Assembly (NCBI GenBank): GCA_039630575.1
Contig: JBCNUW010000020.1
Location: 1-36,445 of the forward strand
Source of the DNA: Candidatus Hydrothermales bacterium
GTDB taxonomy: Bacteria; Hydrothermota; Hydrothermia; Hydrothermales; JAJRUZ01
Direction of reading: 5' to 3'
DNA length: 36,445 nt
Shown here: positions 28,636 through 36,445 of the stretch, piece by piece
How the letters are laid out: each line of letters begins with the position of its first letter
How positions within the stretch are numbered: the stretch's first letter is position 1
Made by a program: the position numbers and the translations under genes
Notes under the pieces: model-generated
What the model saw: the letters and a program-made list of their open reading frames with translations, nothing else
Database searches by the model: none
Told to the model about the DNA's origin: nothing

Positions 28636-29093
28636 TTATCCTTTTTAAAATACTTTATGTCTTTTATCGAGCCAACCCTTTTTTCACTGAAAACTGGTTT
28701 AACATTATCACCACAATCTATTTCTTCTTCAGGATTAAGAAAATGAATAATTCCACCTTTAGAGTTAGGTAAAACCATAAGTCCTACTCTTTGAGGCTTA
28801 TCAAGTTGATTACCATCTAAATCAAAATAAATGTCTGTAACGGCAAAAACAACAAAGGGTCCCTCAATATCAATAAATTTCTCTATTTTTTCAAAGCAAT
28901 CTTCACAGTATATTCTTGGAGGAATAATCACTGATTCACATTTCTCACAAAATCCACCCTTTATTTTCCCTTCTTTTAACCCCTCATAGAAGATATCTCC
29001 AGCTAATCCAGCAGTATAAATCCACCATACAGGTATACTACCTTTTTGAGTTTTAATATCACTGAAACTTTCCAAAAAATCTTTAAAGGGCAT
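28632..29093 (-). CDS. DUF35 Zn-ribbon/OB-fold protein
   Basis: CEKC...PPR.YCEDC; C-terminal VKPVF...RVGSI.DI.YF. Confidence 0.88.
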   Translation of the reverse strand: MPFKDFLESFSDIKTQKGSIPVWWIYTAGLAGDIFYEGLKEGKIKGGFCEKCESVIIPPRIYCEDCFEKIEKFIDIEGPFVVFAVTDIYFDLDGNQLDKPQRVGLMVLPNSKGGIIHFLNPEEEIDCGDNVKPVFSEKRVGSIKDIKYFKKDK

Positions 29094-29104
29094 TATACTT
29101 CCTC

Positions 29105-29614
29105 CTATTTTATTGGTTTAAAATAAAGGATATCAGTTATGGCACCTTCTCTTTCTTCTTCCTTTTTCCAAACAGCTTTAACCTTAGTTCCAATATCAAT
29201 ATTTTTGAGGATTTCTTCAAGCGTATCCCCTGCTTCTCCAATTTTATGTAAAATTCCAATATTTGGTGAGGCACCATAAAGCCTTATTACAGCAGGAATC
29301 TCAGGTTTTTCTCTTCTTGTAGCATCCCAATTTACAAAACAAACAGAAAAGGTTAGAATTTCTCCCTCATCACTTAAAGTAACCCATTCATCATTTGGTC
29401 TAAAGCATAATTCACAGAACATTCTCGGTGGCACTAAAACTCTACCACAGACATTACATTTTCGTGCTAATATATAGCCTTTCTTAAGACCTTCCAAAAA
29501 CTTACTTATCGCTATTCCGCAATCCCACTCGTACTCTATTTTGGGTTTCCATTCTATCTTTACAACTTTCTCAAAACTTTCTTGATCAAGAGGAGTTCCT
29601 TCTAAATTCTTCAT
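29105..29614 (-). CDS. DUF35 Zn-ribbon/OB-fold protein
   Basis: CNVC...PPRMFCELC and V.AVWK...REGAITDI.YF; ATG 29614 follows AGGAGG. Confidence 0.88.
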   Translation of the reverse strand: MKNLEGTPLDQESFEKVVKIEWKPKIEYEWDCGIAISKFLEGLKKGYILARKCNVCGRVLVPPRMFCELCFRPNDEWVTLSDEGEILTFSVCFVNWDATRREKPEIPAVIRLYGASPNIGILHKIGEAGDTLEEILKNIDIGTKVKAVWKKEEEREGAITDILYFKPIK

Positions 29615-29624
29615 TTTTTTCCTC

Positions 29625-30797
29625 CTATTTTGATAATATAACAACTGTTCCTACTTGCATCAAGTCACCCCATGCTTGAGCTAAACCTCTCTTTATTTCT
29701 CTTTTAACCTGTCTTTTTCCTGCTTCTCCTTTTAATTGTAAGTAAATCTCAATTACTCTCATAAGACCAGCTGCAGCTATTGGATTTCCAACTCCAAGAA
29801 GACCACCAGATGGGCTTGAAGGTATACCATTTTCAGTATCTCGGTCCCAGAAACCCTTTTCTAACAGTTTTGGAGCCTCTCCTTTATCTGCTAGTAAAAG
29901 ACCTTCAAGATGATGAAGCTCCTTATATGCAAAGGGATCATAAGGTTCAACAACATGTATTTCCTTTCTGGGATCTTTAATTCCTGCCATTTCATAAGCC
30001 ATTCTTGCTGCGTATTCCACATACTTCGGATAATAAAGATCTCTATTTGTCCAGTAAGAAGTATCAAGACAGAATCCAACACCTTCAATCCATATCGGTT
30101 TATCTGTTCTTCTTTTTACTTCGTGTTCTGCAGCAATTACCATAGCAGCTGCTCCATCTGTCACAGGTGAAACCATTAACCTATGGACTGGGTAGGCTAT
30201 AATTTCTGAGTTTAAAATATCATTTACAGTATATTCACCAGAAATGCCTTTTTGAGTGCATGGATGATCTAAACCGTTTTTCTTATTTTTGACAGCAACA
30301 AGTGCAATTGTTTCAAGAGGTATTTTGTGGACCTTCATATACCTCATCATTTCAAGTGAAAAAATCCAAAGCAAGTTAACACCTAAGGGTCTTTCAATAA
30401 ATTGATCATAAATTGAATTGAAAGCTCCCTGTGGATGAGGCATACAACTTGACATTTTCTCTTCGGCAACAATTAAGCATTTATCAAAAAATCCACTTGA
30501 AACAAGATACCATCCATGAATTATTGAAAATACGCCAGAACCACCACCTACAAAAGATCTCATAAAAGGTTTCTTTTTAGCACCTGCTCCATCAGAAAGC
30601 CAGTCTCCTTTCATGTGGACACCATCAAAAGCATCAGGAGCCGTAGAAATAACAACACAGTCTATTTCATTGATATCCATTCCAGCTTCTTCAAGTGCAT
30701 GTTTTGCAGCTTCAAAAGCTAACTCTTTACCTGTTTCCTTCGCTCTTCTCATAAACTTTGTAATTCCTGCACCAAGAATTCCAACTTTTCTTGCCAT
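29625..30797 (-). CDS. SCP2-type thiolase-family protein (non-canonical active site)
   Basis: VAVKNK.NG, SPVTDGAAA, EPYDPF, SGGLLGVGNPIAAAG. Confidence 0.85.
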   Translation of the reverse strand: MARKVGILGAGITKFMRRAKETGKELAFEAAKHALEEAGMDINEIDCVVISTAPDAFDGVHMKGDWLSDGAGAKKKPFMRSFVGGGSGVFSIIHGWYLVSSGFFDKCLIVAEEKMSSCMPHPQGAFNSIYDQFIERPLGVNLLWIFSLEMMRYMKVHKIPLETIALVAVKNKKNGLDHPCTQKGISGEYTVNDILNSEIIAYPVHRLMVSPVTDGAAAMVIAAEHEVKRRTDKPIWIEGVGFCLDTSYWTNRDLYYPKYVEYAARMAYEMAGIKDPRKEIHVVEPYDPFAYKELHHLEGLLLADKGEAPKLLEKGFWDRDTENGIPSSPSGGLLGVGNPIAAAGLMRVIEIYLQLKGEAGKRQVKREIKRGLAQAWGDLMQVGTVVILSK

Positions 30798-30798
30798 T

Positions 30799-31944
30799 TT
30801 AACCCTCCCTTTTTAAAATAACTACAGCACCACTTGCTGACGGTAATCCCTTCCAAGAGGCAACAAGGGCTGTCTCTGGATCTAGTAGCTGTACATTTCC
30901 TGCATGACCACGAAGTTGTAAAACTGCATCGTAAAGTGACCTTGCGCCATTCATCAAAGAGAGGTTTCCATTACCCATATTTCCTCCAGTTGTATTTACT
31001 GGTAATTCTCCATCTAAATCATAGAATCCTTCTTTTAATAGTTCTGCAGATTCACCAACTCTTGAAAGAGATAGAGCCTCAATATGTTGGAGCTCCTTAT
31101 AAGAGAAAGTGTCATCAATCTCAGCAAAATCGATTTCTTTTATTGGATTTTTAATACCAGCCATTGAATATGCCTTTTTTGAGGCAACTTCTAAGTATTC
31201 TGCATCACCTCTCCACATCTCAATGTTTGGAGTAAATCCTCCAAATCCTAAACCTAAAATTCTTATAAGATCTTTTTTTCTTTCCTTTGCTACCTCTTCA
31301 TTTGCAATAACAAAAACACAGGCACCATCAGCATTTGGTGAAATATCGAGCCTTTTAAGTGGTTCAGAAACTGGTTCAGAAAACAACACTTCCTCTGGAG
31401 TTATAGTAGTTCCAAAAGGACTCCTCCCAAAAGTAAGAGCATTAGATTTATTCTTAGAAACAACAAAAGCTGCATCTAATTCATCATAACCTCGTGAATC
31501 AAGAAACATTGCCATTTCAAGACCAGCAATAAAATAAGGGTTTACCTCAAGAGGCCTTATATAAACAGGATCAAGACCCATAGCAAAAAGATGGGAATGG
31601 TTTTTAACATTTGATAACTTTGAATGCGCTTCAAGAACACCAATTTTAAAATGACCAGTTTTTATAAGAGAATAAATTGAAACAAGACCGGTTAAAGCAT
31701 CAGCACATATAGTATGAACAGGTTTTAAAACAGCTCCAAGTTGATCTGGCACATACTCATCAAAAATTGATGTTCCCTCCTCAAAATCCTCAGATACAGA
31801 AACAAAAATATCTACATTTTTAGGTTCAATATTTGCGTCCTTATAAGCCTTTATAGCTGCCTCATAAATCATCTCTCTAAAACTAAACTCTGAAGATGAT
31901 TTTTTTGGTAAGGATATACCCATTCCTACTATATAGACATTCAT
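30799..31944 (-). CDS. SCP2-type thiolase-family protein (partner subunit)
   Basis: VVSKNK.NA, ADGACV, EIDDTF, LPVNTTGG, QLRGHAG. Confidence 0.85.
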   Translation of the reverse strand: MNVYIVGMGISLPKKSSSEFSFREMIYEAAIKAYKDANIEPKNVDIFVSVSEDFEEGTSIFDEYVPDQLGAVLKPVHTICADALTGLVSIYSLIKTGHFKIGVLEAHSKLSNVKNHSHLFAMGLDPVYIRPLEVNPYFIAGLEMAMFLDSRGYDELDAAFVVSKNKSNALTFGRSPFGTTITPEEVLFSEPVSEPLKRLDISPNADGACVFVIANEEVAKERKKDLIRILGLGFGGFTPNIEMWRGDAEYLEVASKKAYSMAGIKNPIKEIDFAEIDDTFSYKELQHIEALSLSRVGESAELLKEGFYDLDGELPVNTTGGNMGNGNLSLMNGARSLYDAVLQLRGHAGNVQLLDPETALVASWKGLPSASGAVVILKREG

Positions 31945-31983
31945 TATGAGTTGCCTATTATTAGGAATTGAACCTCATTTTCC

Positions 31984-32013
31984 ATTATATACCAAGTTAA
32001 GATCCTGTAGCAA
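31984..32013 (-). promoter_or_regulatory. Putative promoter for the thiolase cluster
   Basis: TTGCTA (32013-32008), 18 bp spacer, TATAAT (31989-31984). Confidence 0.5.
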
Positions 32014-32680
32014 TGCAAAGTGCATAAACTTTCAGGGCACCTTTTTCTTTCAAAACTTTGGCACATTCTTCAAGAGTAGAGCCTGTTGTAAAAACATCAT
32101 CTAAAATCAATATCCTTTTCTCTTTAATCTCATCTTTTAATAAAACTTTGAAGGCATTTTCAACATTTTTTCTTCTTTTTTCCCTATCCTCTATTTTAGC
32201 CTGGGATTTTGTTGGTTTTAGCCTAATGATGATATCCTTTTTATAATTAAACTTTTTTAAATTGCTAAGTTTATCTAAAATTATCTCATTCTGATTAAAT
32301 CCCCTTTCCCTTTCTTTTGATGGATGAAGTGGAACAAAAGTTAAGATGTCAAACTCTGGAATAATTTTTTCTAAATATTCTAACAAAAATGGAACAAAGA
32401 AATTAGCTAAATTTGTGAACCTTTTAAATTTATAAGATTCAATTAGATCTTTAATTTTTTCTGTGTAATTAAAAATTGCAAAAACTTGATCAACATAATT
32501 TAATTTTACAAAACATCTGTGTTTCTTTAAGTTTCTTCCACAGTTTTTACAAAAAGGAGGAAAAATACGGGATCTTAAAATATCTGTTAAACAGTCCTTA
32601 CAAAAAAATTCTCCATCTTTTAAATTATCACAGGTCATGCATAAAGGTGGTAGAAAAAAATTTAAAATTTCCCTTAACAT
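31997..32680 (-). CDS. comF: ComF family protein (zinc ribbon + PRTase)
   Basis: CxxC pairs, VPLH...ERGFNQ, ILDDVFTTGST. Confidence 0.9.
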   Translation of the reverse strand: MLREILNFFLPPLCMTCDNLKDGEFFCKDCLTDILRSRIFPPFCKNCGRNLKKHRCFVKLNYVDQVFAIFNYTEKIKDLIESYKFKRFTNLANFFVPFLLEYLEKIIPEFDILTFVPLHPSKERERGFNQNEIILDKLSNLKKFNYKKDIIIRLKPTKSQAKIEDREKRRKNVENAFKVLLKDEIKEKRILILDDVFTTGSTLEECAKVLKEKGALKVYALCIATGS

Positions 32681-32704
32681 ATTAAATTATATTTAATCAT
32701 AAAA

Positions 32705-33301
32705 ATGAAAAAAAATCTTTTCCTTTTCCCCTCTTGTGTAGGTTCTATTTTATATAAGGATATAGTGTTGCTACTTAAAAATTTTTTAAATAATAGGGGA
32801 TTTAAAACTTTTATTATAAAAAAACCCTTTTGTTGTGGTCAGGTCTTTTACAATACAGGAAATTTAAAGGAAACTCACAAAATCCTTTTTCAAATTTGTA
32901 AACACTTTAAAAATAAGGAGATATTAATATTATCAGGTTCCTGTCTTGAATTTTTAGTAAAAAATATCCCAAAAATTTTAGGTAAAGATTTAAACTTTAA
33001 AATAAAAGAAATTACTGAATTTTTCATCGAGGAAAAACTCGTTGATTTTGTACCTGAATATCATAAATCTTGTCATTTTAAAACACTTAAAGGTGAAAAG
33101 TTAGATTTTTTTAGCTGTTGTGGATTTGGAGGTGTTTTTTCTTCTTTATACCCCCAAATTTCTGATAGGATTTTTAAAATTAAATTTAAAGAAACAAAAA
33201 AGGTTTTATCTTGTGAACCAGGTTGTTCTCTTTTTATTCTATCAAAGGGTTTAAAAACAGAACACCCCTTGGAAAGCATAATAAAAAAAATTGAAAAGTA
33301 A
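32705..33301 (+). CDS. lutA: LutA/GlcF-like CCG Fe-S protein (compact)
   Basis: LFPSC, CCGQ...NTG, SGSC, YHKSCH, CCGFGG.FS; overlaps the lutB-like gene. Confidence 0.75.
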   Translation: MKKNLFLFPSCVGSILYKDIVLLLKNFLNNRGFKTFIIKKPFCCGQVFYNTGNLKETHKILFQICKHFKNKEILILSGSCLEFLVKNIPKILGKDLNFKIKEITEFFIEEKLVDFVPEYHKSCHFKTLKGEKLDFFSCCGFGGVFSSLYPQISDRIFKIKFKETKKVLSCEPGCSLFILSKGLKTEHPLESIIKKIEK

Positions 33302-34877
33302 TATTATCAGAAACATAAAGAGGGCTTTTGACAAAAGAAATTTAGCTTTTAAAGAAATAGATTTTGAGAGTTTAAGGAAAAAAGCTAAAGAAATTAAGGA
33401 AAGATCAATTGAAAATTATAAAGAACTTTTGGAAATTTTTACCAGAAAAATGCAAGAAAGGGGAGTCAAAGTTTTTATAGCAAATTCAAAAGAAGAGGCA
33501 AGACATTTAATAAAAGCAATATTAGAAAAAGAAAAGGCAAAAAGTATTGTATCATCCAAATCTATGACCTCTGAAGAAATAGATTTAAAGATTTATTTAA
33601 GAAAATGGGGGTTTGAATTTAATGAAACAGATCTTGGTGAATGGATTTGTGACCTTGCCTTTCTAAGACCTAAGCATATCGTAGCACCTGCAATAAGCTT
33701 TTCAAGATTTGATGTAAAAAAATTATTTGAAGAAAAGTTTAATATCAAACTTACTGAAAAAATTGAAGAACTTACAGCTTTTGCAAGAGAAAAATTAGAG
33801 AAAATCTTCCTTGAAGCTGATGCTGGATTAACAGGTGCAAATTTTGTATTTGCAGAAGAAGGTATTGTTAGTATCTTTGAAAATGAGGGAAATTTTGGAA
33901 AAACTTTTTATTTTCCAAAAACAGTAATTACACTTTTTGGAATAGAAAAATTCGTTGATAGTATAAAAAACTTTCCTCCCTTTTTAAGACTATTACCAAG
34001 AAGTGCTACAGGACAGAGATTAACATCTTTTGTTCATCTTTTAACAAATAAAATTGGAAATTGGTACATTATGATAATCCTCGGAAAAAGAAGAGAAATT
34101 GCCGAGAATAAAGAATTTAAAGAAATATTATACTGTATAAGATGTGGAGCATGCATGAATGTATGCCCAGTCTATGGGGCAAGTGAAGCAGAAGGATACA
34201 AAGGTCCCTATAATGGTCCAATTGGAATACTTTTTAACTCTCTTTTATATAACTTTTATTCAAATGCTTTCTACTCAACTCTATGTGAATCTTGTGATCA
34301 AGTTTGTCCTGTTAACATTAACATTTCTGAGTTAATAAGAAAATTAAGAAAGGAGAAAAACTTACCTTTTAAAGTAAAAATGTTTGTTAAGGCTTATTCA
34401 AAATTAAAATCTTATCCAAAAGTAGCAGAATTTATTGGAAATTACATACCTTTAAATTTATTGTTATATTTTTTAAAGAGTAAAAAATTGTCAAACTTTT
34501 TTGATAAAGATTTCTTTGAAGAGCCTTATATTGTAGAAGAAAGAAAAGAGAATAAATGTTTTGAAAACTTATGGATAGAGTACGGTGGAAAATTTGGGGA
34601 AAAAGGAAAAAAATTTAAAGTTCTCTATGCTATAGAGGAAACTGGTTCTTTAATTCTTAACTCCGATGACTTTAAAGATTTTTTTAGTGAAAAAGAGGTT
34701 TGTTTAGAATTAAAAAGAAAAGATTTATTAAAAAATTTTGAAGAATTATTTAATAAAGATTTGAATTTAGATAAAAATTATCTCTTTGTTTCAGGACCCT
34801 CAAGAACAGCAGATATAGAAAAAAAACTCATAATAGGTGTTCATGGACCTTGGGAAACCTATGTAAATTTAATTTGA
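33291..34877 (+). CDS. lutB: LutB-LutC fusion (LUD + 4Fe-4S + LUD)
   Basis: SKSMTSEEI, ETDLGE, RSATGQ, CIRCGACMNVCPVY, then the LutC motif SGPSRTADIE...GVHGP. Confidence 0.82.
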   Translation: MKSNIIRNIKRAFDKRNLAFKEIDFESLRKKAKEIKERSIENYKELLEIFTRKMQERGVKVFIANSKEEARHLIKAILEKEKAKSIVSSKSMTSEEIDLKIYLRKWGFEFNETDLGEWICDLAFLRPKHIVAPAISFSRFDVKKLFEEKFNIKLTEKIEELTAFAREKLEKIFLEADAGLTGANFVFAEEGIVSIFENEGNFGKTFYFPKTVITLFGIEKFVDSIKNFPPFLRLLPRSATGQRLTSFVHLLTNKIGNWYIMIILGKRREIAENKEFKEILYCIRCGACMNVCPVYGASEAEGYKGPYNGPIGILFNSLLYNFYSNAFYSTLCESCDQVCPVNINISELIRKLRKEKNLPFKVKMFVKAYSKLKSYPKVAEFIGNYIPLNLLLYFLKSKKLSNFFDKDFFEEPYIVEERKENKCFENLWIEYGGKFGEKGKKFKVLYAIEETGSLILNSDDFKDFFSEKEVCLELKRKDLLKNFEELFNKDLNLDKNYLFVSGPSRTADIEKKLIIGVHGPWETYVNLI

Positions 34878-34903
34878 AATTCATTTAGACTTTTAATTAT
34901 AAT
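34874..34903 (+). promoter_or_regulatory. Sigma70-type promoter, probably leaderless
   Basis: TTGAAA (34874-34879), 18 bp spacer, TATAAT (34898-34903), 5 nt, ATG 34909. Confidence 0.6.
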
Positions 34904-34908
34904 AGTTT

Positions 34909-34981
34909 ATGGTGAGTTTAGTTTTTTTGTTTTACTATTACAGTTTGAAGAATTGAGTCTTGAGGAACTTCTCAAGGTTAA
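34909..34981 (+). pseudogene. 5' remnant of a secreted, TonB-dependent-receptor-like gene (frameshifted, IS-interrupted)
   Basis: Adding one T to the T7 run at 34922-34928 gives MVSLVFFVLLLQFEELSLEELLKV; the IS follows directly. Confidence 0.5.
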
Positions 34982-36445
34982 CCCATGTTTGCCAACTTAA
35001 TTTAAAAATCGTTGAATATCAATCATTTTTATTTTCATCTTGTCCCCACCGAAAAATATCTCCCTATTTTTACTCATCTTTTACACTTCTAACAGTTTTC
35101 AAACGCGGAAATCGTTGATTTTTAGTGCCAACTTTTAACTAAATTTTTTATTTAACACTTGACAAATTTTAATTCTTCCTGTTTAGTTATAATGTCTAAT
35201 TATGTTTGTAAGAATAAAAATGTAAAAGGTAAAAAATATCTCCAGGTAGTGGAAAATAGGTATATTAAAGGAAAAATAAAACAGAAAGTTATATGTTCTC
35301 CTTTAAATTATGAAAAGTTAAAAAAGAGCGGAAAGTTAGAAAATGTTTTAAAAGTCTTTTAAGATTTTCTTCTAAGTTAAAATTTTATGAAATTTTGGAC
35401 CCGATTTAGTTTTCAAGAAATTATGGGAAGATTTAAAGTTGACAGAAATTTTTGAAAAATATAGTGAGAAAACAAATTTTTCTTTTAATTTAGAGAGTGC
35501 AATATATTCTGGGAGTTTACTTTCTTTATTTTCTCCTTTTTCAGACCGAATGGAGCATTTTTTAAGGAGGGAGTATGAGATAGAGGGTGCATCCGCTTTA
35601 TTCCTTCATCATATTTACAGGGCAATTTTCTGGCTTGGGAAAAATAAAGAAGAGATAGAAGTGGTATTAAAAATTGTTATAGATAGCAATTTGCGACCAA
35701 TTTTATGTGAAATTTTAAAAGCCAATTTCTGATGTAAAAATTTTAGTTCCTACAATAGAGAAGCTGAGAAATGAGTTTGGTGTGAAAGATTTTTGTGTTG
35801 TTGCAGATAGAGGAATGGTTTGTGAAAAAGTGTAAGGAGAAATAGAAAAGATGGGGATTCATTATATCTTTAGGTTCAGGGTAAAATAAAGCAGTAAAAG
35901 GATAGGGAGCGAAATTTTAAAGAATATGGATTTTAATGAGTTAATAAAAGAAAAACTTTATGCTGGTGAAATCATTTATCAAAATAAGAGGCTCATTTTT
36001 TGTTTGAATGAAGAAGAAAAAGAAAGAGAGAGATTAAAAAGAGAAGAAATAATTTCCTTTTTAAAAGAAAAATTAAAAGAAAGACCAAAAGATTTGATAA
36101 AAGATTCATACTTTAAAAAATATTTAAAAATGGGAAAAGGTATTTTTAAAATAGACAGAGAAAAAATAAAAGAGGAGGAAAAATTTGACGGTGTTTATTC
36201 TCTTATAACAAATACAGATTATCCTGTAAAAAAAGTAGTATTAAGGTATAAAGAGTTATGGCAGGTAGAGAGCATATTTAGAGATTTAAAGAATGTATTT
36301 AAATTAGGACCGGTTTTTCACAGAACAGAGGAAAAAGGTAGAAGGACGTATTTTTGTAAGGTTTTTAAGTTTTGTTCTTTTTAAAGAGCTTTTGAAAAGG
36401 ATTGAGAAAAAAGGAATAGAGAAGCTAGGAATTGATAGATTAAAA
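34982..36445 (+). mobile_element. Decayed IS1634-family element (right end outside the window)
   Basis: Transposase remnants. The left end is inferred at CCCATGTTTGCCAAC, where the upstream reading frame loses coherence. Confidence 0.7.
35202..36445 (+). pseudogene. IS1634 transposase pseudogene
   Basis: Fragments in different frames: MFVRIK/..YLQVVEN..GKIKQKVI, GPDLVFKKLW, DVKILVPTIEKLRNEFG..CVVADRGM, FDG...L.TN, YKELWQVESIFRDLK...PVFH. Multiple stops and frameshifts. Confidence 0.88.

Noticed and set aside
35159..35193. TTGACA...TATAAT as the IS promoter
   Set aside because: The 23-bp spacer is too long for a single sigma70 promoter.

Overview
AT-rich bacterial window; the DnaK insert and strong Lys/Glu bias suggest a thermophilic diderm, but taxonomy is inference only. 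The core is a ~26.5 kb run of tightly packed minus-strand genes (32680 to 6141). In transcription order: comF, two non-canonical thiolase-family genes, two DUF35 genes, hslU, amrB/Memo, an MCP-like/SBP5 fusion, DUF763, dtd, an acyl-CoA carboxyltransferase, grpE-dnaK-dnaJ-rsmE-HIT-rpsU-mutS2-dnaG-rpoD, a GT2, an acyl-CoA ligase, a MotB/OmpA protein and an M50 protease. The left end holds a partial M23-like peptidase, a secreted beta-propeller, a heptad-repeat membrane protein, iaaA, rsmG and a compact mutagenesis cassette. The right end holds lutA, a lutB-lutC fusion, a broken TonB-receptor-like 5' end and a decayed IS1634. The best candidate for a new system is the mutagenesis cassette: a CI/LexA-like repressor diverges from umuDC across two copies of TTATCCA-N3-TGGATTAA, and the UmuD lacks both catalytic residues and most of its N-terminal arm. 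Other leads are a soluble double-MCP-hairpin/SBP5 protein, an Ltp3/Ltp4-like thiolase/DUF35 quartet, repeated leaderless promoters, a CTG-started GT2 and a structured rpsU leader. No tRNA, rRNA or CRISPR array was seen.
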